Positions 35,238 to 39,758 of a DNA stretch of 39,758 nucleotides are shown here, one piece after another. Positions within the stretch are counted from its first letter, which is position 1. Every line of letters begins with the position of its first letter. The stretch is from Tubiluchus corallicola (Eukaryota; Animalia; Priapulida), in the NCBI GenBank assembly GCA_030141605.1, contig JAQGDQ010001465.1, positions 1 through 39,758 on the forward strand, written 5' to 3'. The translations under genes and the position numbers were made by a program. The notes beneath the pieces are model-generated. The model was not told the origin of the DNA and searched no databases. It saw nothing but the letters and a program-made list of their open reading frames with translations.

Positions 35238-35680
35238 TGTTTGGGCTTTCAAAACCAAATTTGAAGCTAGGGTAATTCTGCTCTTTCTTCTTTCTTTATT
35301 TACCAAAACATATCATTCCATCTAAACAAAACCATAAACAAATGACAAAAAATAAATAACACTAGCCAAAAGTCAATTTTACATAATTCAGAGTTTCACA
35401 CTGCACCGTCGCATTAATCAATAAATAGCTGTTATCAAATAGTAAATTTAAATTTTATAAAGTAATTTGAGTATATTCGTACGTTTTTAGCCCTAAATCA
35501 TAAGCAATTGCAACAGATAACGACAACATTTAATCAACCCACCATTAAACGTCCTCATTTCACACGCCTCTGACACCGATCAAACTGATCACGTGTCCAG
35601 GCCAAAAAATCACCACAAGGTGGCCAAAGCCAACAACAAGTGGAGGCCGCAAAGCACGCCAATGCCTGGTTTCCAGTACA
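35238..35680. repeat. ~443-bp interspersed repeat, copy 2
   Basis: Close direct match to 27058-27501. Confidence 0.93.
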
Positions 35681-36087
35681 GTCTAATGATGTTCACTGTT
35701 TAATTCTAAGACATCCACTTCGTCGTCACTTGCTGAATCGTCTAAAAAATTTCTTCATCATCTTAAAGCTTAGCCACGTGCACAGTTAAAGTTCCCGTCA
35801 TATTACTAAATGAAGAATGTCCACAAACTTCAATATGAACGTTCCTCAACAGATCGTTCGAAAAATCTCTTTGCAGAACTGTAGGTCGAATTGGAGGTTT
35901 GCAGCACACATGGTGCTGTCAGAAACTTGACTGTACCTGGTCCAGTGCGTTTTACTCATGTGCGATTAAGCAGTTTGCCCTAATTTTCACATTTCGTTTC
36001 CTATCGGCTCCTAGCTTGCATCCTTAAACAATTCCAGTTCCAGCATGGAAGTCTGAGCACTTAAAGAAACTCAGCCATCTATAACCA

Positions 36088-36221
36088 TATTTATAACAAT
36101 TGCATTTGCATGGCATGTATTTATAACAGTTGCATTTACATGGCATCCATTTATAACAATTGCATTTACATGGCATCCATTTATAACAATTGCATTTACA
36201 TGCCATCTATTTATAACAATT
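36088..36221. repeat. 30-bp minisatellite, ~4.5 copies
   Basis: ATTTATAACAATTGCATTTACATGGCATCC. Confidence 0.92.
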
Positions 36222-36679
36222 GGCACCAGCTACCTTTACTGGAAGAGATCTTAGCAGCCTGCACTATTGATACCATTATTATGTCATGGGGCAGGCCAGC
36301 TTTCTGACTCATTTTACTGATCTGTGGCCCATTGAACCCGCACGTGAGCTGTGGCCCATTGAACCCATACAGTAATTATATTCTACAAATAAGAAATGAG
36401 TTTTTTTTTCATTTCCTCCTTATTTTTTCCATCTAAAATACATACGAGTATAAATAAATTACATTTGACTCAACTTTTTGTTAAACAGTATGTTTACCAT
36501 TGAGAACTACCCATTGAGACAACAGATGAAAATTAGTGTTGCAGTGTAAAATCCTAGAGAATTTTCGTATAGCTTTGCTATTTCTGTCGCTGTTCTGTTT
36601 ATCATTATTGTGGCTACGTCTGTGCATTAAAATGTGCACATTCCCATTACGTATATCCGTTTTGATACTCTCTCTCTAA

Positions 36680-37107
36680 GTGTGTCTCGGCGTGCCCTCG
36701 CGGCGGGTGTGTCTCGGCTTACCCTCGCAGCGGGTGTGTCTCGGCTTGCCCTCGCAGCGGGTGTGTCTCGGCTTGCCCTCGCAGCGGGTGTGTCTCGGCT
36801 TGCCCTCACAGCGGGTGTGTCTCGGCTTGCCCTCACAGCGGGTGTGTCTCGGCTTGCCCTCACAGCGGGTGTGTCTCGGTTTACCCTCACAGCGGGTGTG
36901 TCTCGGCTTGCCCTCACAGCGGGTGTGTCTCGGCTTGCCCTCGCACCTGTTGTGTCTCGGCTTTCCCTCACAGCGGGTGTGTCTCGGCTTACCCTCACAG
37001 CGGGTGTGTCTCGGCTTGCCCTTGCGGCGGGTGTGTCTCGGCTTGCCCTCGCGGCGGGTGTGTCTCGGCTTGCCCTCGCAGCGGGTGTGTCTCGGCTTGC
37101 CCTCACA
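36680..37107. repeat. 27-bp GC-rich minisatellite, ~16 copies
   Basis: GGGTGTGTCTCGGCTTGCCCTCGCAGC. Confidence 0.96.
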
Positions 37108-37281
37108 CCGGGCTGTGGTTCATCAACTATCAGTCCGATCCCAGCAGGGTGGACAGCGGGGTCCCTCTCTGCTTCTGGATCGTTTGCATCTGAGCAGTCA
37201 GAGACTGTCCCTCTCAACTTCTGCTGCCATTTTAGCGGCGGTGTAGTGGGCGGATTTCCAAATTTTACATGTACCTCATAT

Positions 37282-37540
37282 TTATATCAACCAAGCAATG
37301 GGGAGGCTCTGATGGAGGAATTTGGTGAGCCCCATTGTGTTGGGTTGGAATTCGAGTTCCTGCTCGGCCATGAGCCTTAATTCATAACCTGTCAATGGTG
37401 TACCGGCGCCATCGGCCCTCCTCCCCCTGGGTCCAGGGAGACTTGTTATATTCGACAGGATGAGCCCACCTTCTGTGCTGTTGGCATCTCGCATGCGTGT
37501 TAAAGATACGGAAGCATTCAGGACAGCGGTGAGCACCATC
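37282..37540 (-). pseudogene. R2-like (RLE) non-LTR N-terminal fragment: C2H2 finger and Myb-like segment
   Basis: HRCPECFRIFNTHARCQQHRRWAHPVEYN; ELRLMAEQE..KFLHQSLP in a shifted frame. Confidence 0.65.
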
Positions 37541-37594
37541 CTGTGACGACTCTCTACCACCGCTCGCTTGATCTGTTTCTTCAGCTACTCTGTT

Positions 37595-38000
37595 GGAACA
37601 ATGCCTGTAATGGTAGTAGGTGCTCTGGTGGAACAATGCCTGTAATGGTAGCAGGTGCTCTGGTGGAACAATGCCTGTAATGGCAGCAGGTGCTCTGGTA
37701 GAACAATGCCTGTAATGGTAGCAGGTACTCTGGTGGAACAATGCCTGTAATGGTAGCAGGTACTCTGGTGGAACAATGCCTGTAATGGCAGCAGGTGCTC
37801 TGGTAGAACAATGCCTGTAATGGTAGTAGGTGCTCTGGTGGAACAATGCCTGTAATGGTAGCAGGTGCTCTGGTGGAACAATGCCTGTAATGGCAGCAGG
37901 TGCTCTGGTAGAACAATGCCTGTAATGGTAGCAGGTACTCTGGTGGAACAATGCCTGTAATGGTAGCAGGTACTCTGGTGGAACAATGCCTGTAGTGGTG
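37595..38000. repeat. 35-bp minisatellite, ~11.5 copies
   Basis: GGAACAATGCCTGTAATGGTAGCAGGTGCTCTGGT. Confidence 0.97.
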
Positions 38001-38374
38001 CAATGGCCACAGGTTTTCACACTTCACTCATCAGAATTCAAGCCTATGGACGCCAATCCATGGCTTACTTTCACATGAGATTTCGCCAACTTCCAGTTGG
38101 GAATTGCTTTGGCATAAACAGGATAACGGTCACTGTCCTGCACAGGATAATTTAGTGTTATCATTGTTCTAGTCTCTTTGCCCGTAAACAGACCGAAAGT
38201 CGACGCCTAGGCATCTCGCGCTGCCTGGTCATTTCCATGTACCCTACCGGCATTTTCTTTATCATTTTTGCCAACTAATAACTGGTTCTGCCACTAAAGG
38301 TAGTCAGCCTAAAGTGGGGGGTTTCTTCCCACAGACGCCATGCGACGAGACAGTGGCAGAGCTGCAACGTCTCT

Positions 38375-38640
38375 TTACGTCAGGAGAATTGGCTCGTACT
38401 TCAGGGCTTTGTCTCTGCACCTAGCCCTTGGCAAATCGATGTTTCCTGCTGCAGAGATGGTCGGATCGATGATGTACGTATGACCATCCTTGGTCCCCAG
38501 GATGTCGGGATGTAACCTGGTTCTGTTGACCTCGAACGACGGTTCCCTGACGACCATGATCCATTTTTCGAGAGGGCTTTGGCGAGCACATCGCCCAGTG
38601 TATTATGCCGTCGAGATACGGCATTTTGTATCAAGTTACA
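38375..38640 (-). pseudogene. R2-like restriction-like endonuclease fragment (frameshifted)
   Basis: RRHN..VVREP..LHPDIL..YIIDPTI..KALKY. Confidence 0.8.
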
Positions 38641-39758
38641 CTGTTGAAGTACGAGAACCTAACTCTCTGCGTGACTCCCGCACCTACGGCATCTCCTGTT
38701 TGCTTTGGGTACAACAGTTTGCTTGTTACTGCAGTGGCTGAGAGGAATATTGATTAAATGTTGTTCAAAGATCAATATTGGTGGACTGCCAACAGAAAAG
38801 GAACATTCGGCTGCAGTCATTATCTACTTTTTGTTCCTAGTGTCTTTGGTATCTTAGCTTTCCTTTTCTGAAAGGGAGAAGTTTCAGTTAATGCGGAAAT
38901 GTCTATATATTATTATCTGCAATCGTATCAGTAACTTCCACTTCCATGGCGACATCTTTGTAGTTGGCATATGGTCAGGGTGCATAAGATTATGGATATG
39001 TATAAAATAAATAAAATAGCTTATTTTATGGATTTTTGAAGTTTTATTTTATGGATATCAATAAAATAAGAAATAGACTATATCTGGAACAAGATGCCCA
39101 GGGGGAAATCAATTAAAAAGTAAAAACAGGAGTGCTTGAAACGTGTTTTTAAACACTCAGGACTTAGTTTTTTAATTTCATCAGTTTAGTTTTAATTTTA
39201 TCGGTTTCATATCACTTCAAATTTAATCAAATTTTACAAGACAATGCCTTGTAATTCATCACTTCAGTTCAAGTAATTCGTCTATTTGGTACGAATGTAG
39301 AATGCCCTCTAGGCTGCAGTTTCCGATCCAATGCCTGTATTCAGTTTTGAATGCCTTGACACGCACAAAATCGTGATATGATATGATATGATATGGTTCA
39401 GTATCTATTTGTAATCATCTTTGTTTACTTCTCTTTGTCTTTCAGTTGCAATGCAGCAGGTGTTTGTGAAAAATCAAATATGTTGGACTTTGCATTTTCA
39501 GCCAGCTTCTTGCAACTACCAGAAAGTTGTTATGGTTTATTAATTTTTAGTATAGTTTATCATTGTGTAATTTGACATTGAAATTAAAACTAGGGTTAAT
39601 TAAATAATTTGACATGATTTTTGTCACAAACTTAATATGTTTCCAGACTTGCTGTAACATCCAGCTCATAAAATGATCTTATGATGCCCCTTTTCAAAGA
39701 AGTATGCTCCTGTTACAGGCGCTGTGAATTTTCCTACATAATGTTTGTCATAGATTTA

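Noticed and set aside
27058-35680. LTR retrovirus carrying the F-like gene as env
   Set aside because: No PBS, PPT, gag or pol between the repeats; no shared outer TSD; poly(A) junctions point to mRNA capture.
36627-37380. Repeat-protein ORFs (RASRDTPAA)n
   Set aside because: A 27-bp GC-rich unit is open in several frames on both strands; no independent coding evidence.

Overview
AT-rich, repeat-saturated animal DNA, probably invertebrate (the tRNA-Gly is of the GCATCGG type), with no convincing host protein-coding gene. It holds an apparently intact Gmr1-type Ty3/gypsy LTR retrotransposon (PR-IN-RT-RH order, matching LTRs), a tRNA-Gly(GCC) gene, a SINE, several LINE, hAT, Tigger and R2-like remnants, and many tandem repeats. 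The standout is 27757-~32570 (minus strand), which looks like an endogenised non-retroviral, Mononegavirales-like virus. It comprises ORF X (PSAP and YPxL late-domain motifs), an intact gene-end/gene-start junction, a phosphoprotein-like ORF, poly(A), and a head-to-tail array of four complete and one partial polyadenylated copies of a short paramyxo/pneumo-F-like gene (signal peptide, RKKR/FLG, fusion peptide, HR1, no TM). The junctions suggest serial reverse-transcriptase template jumping between viral mRNAs. Twelve of thirteen orientable inserts lie on the minus strand, as expected for a uni-strand piRNA-cluster-like locus. All family assignments are by eye from motifs; no searches were run.
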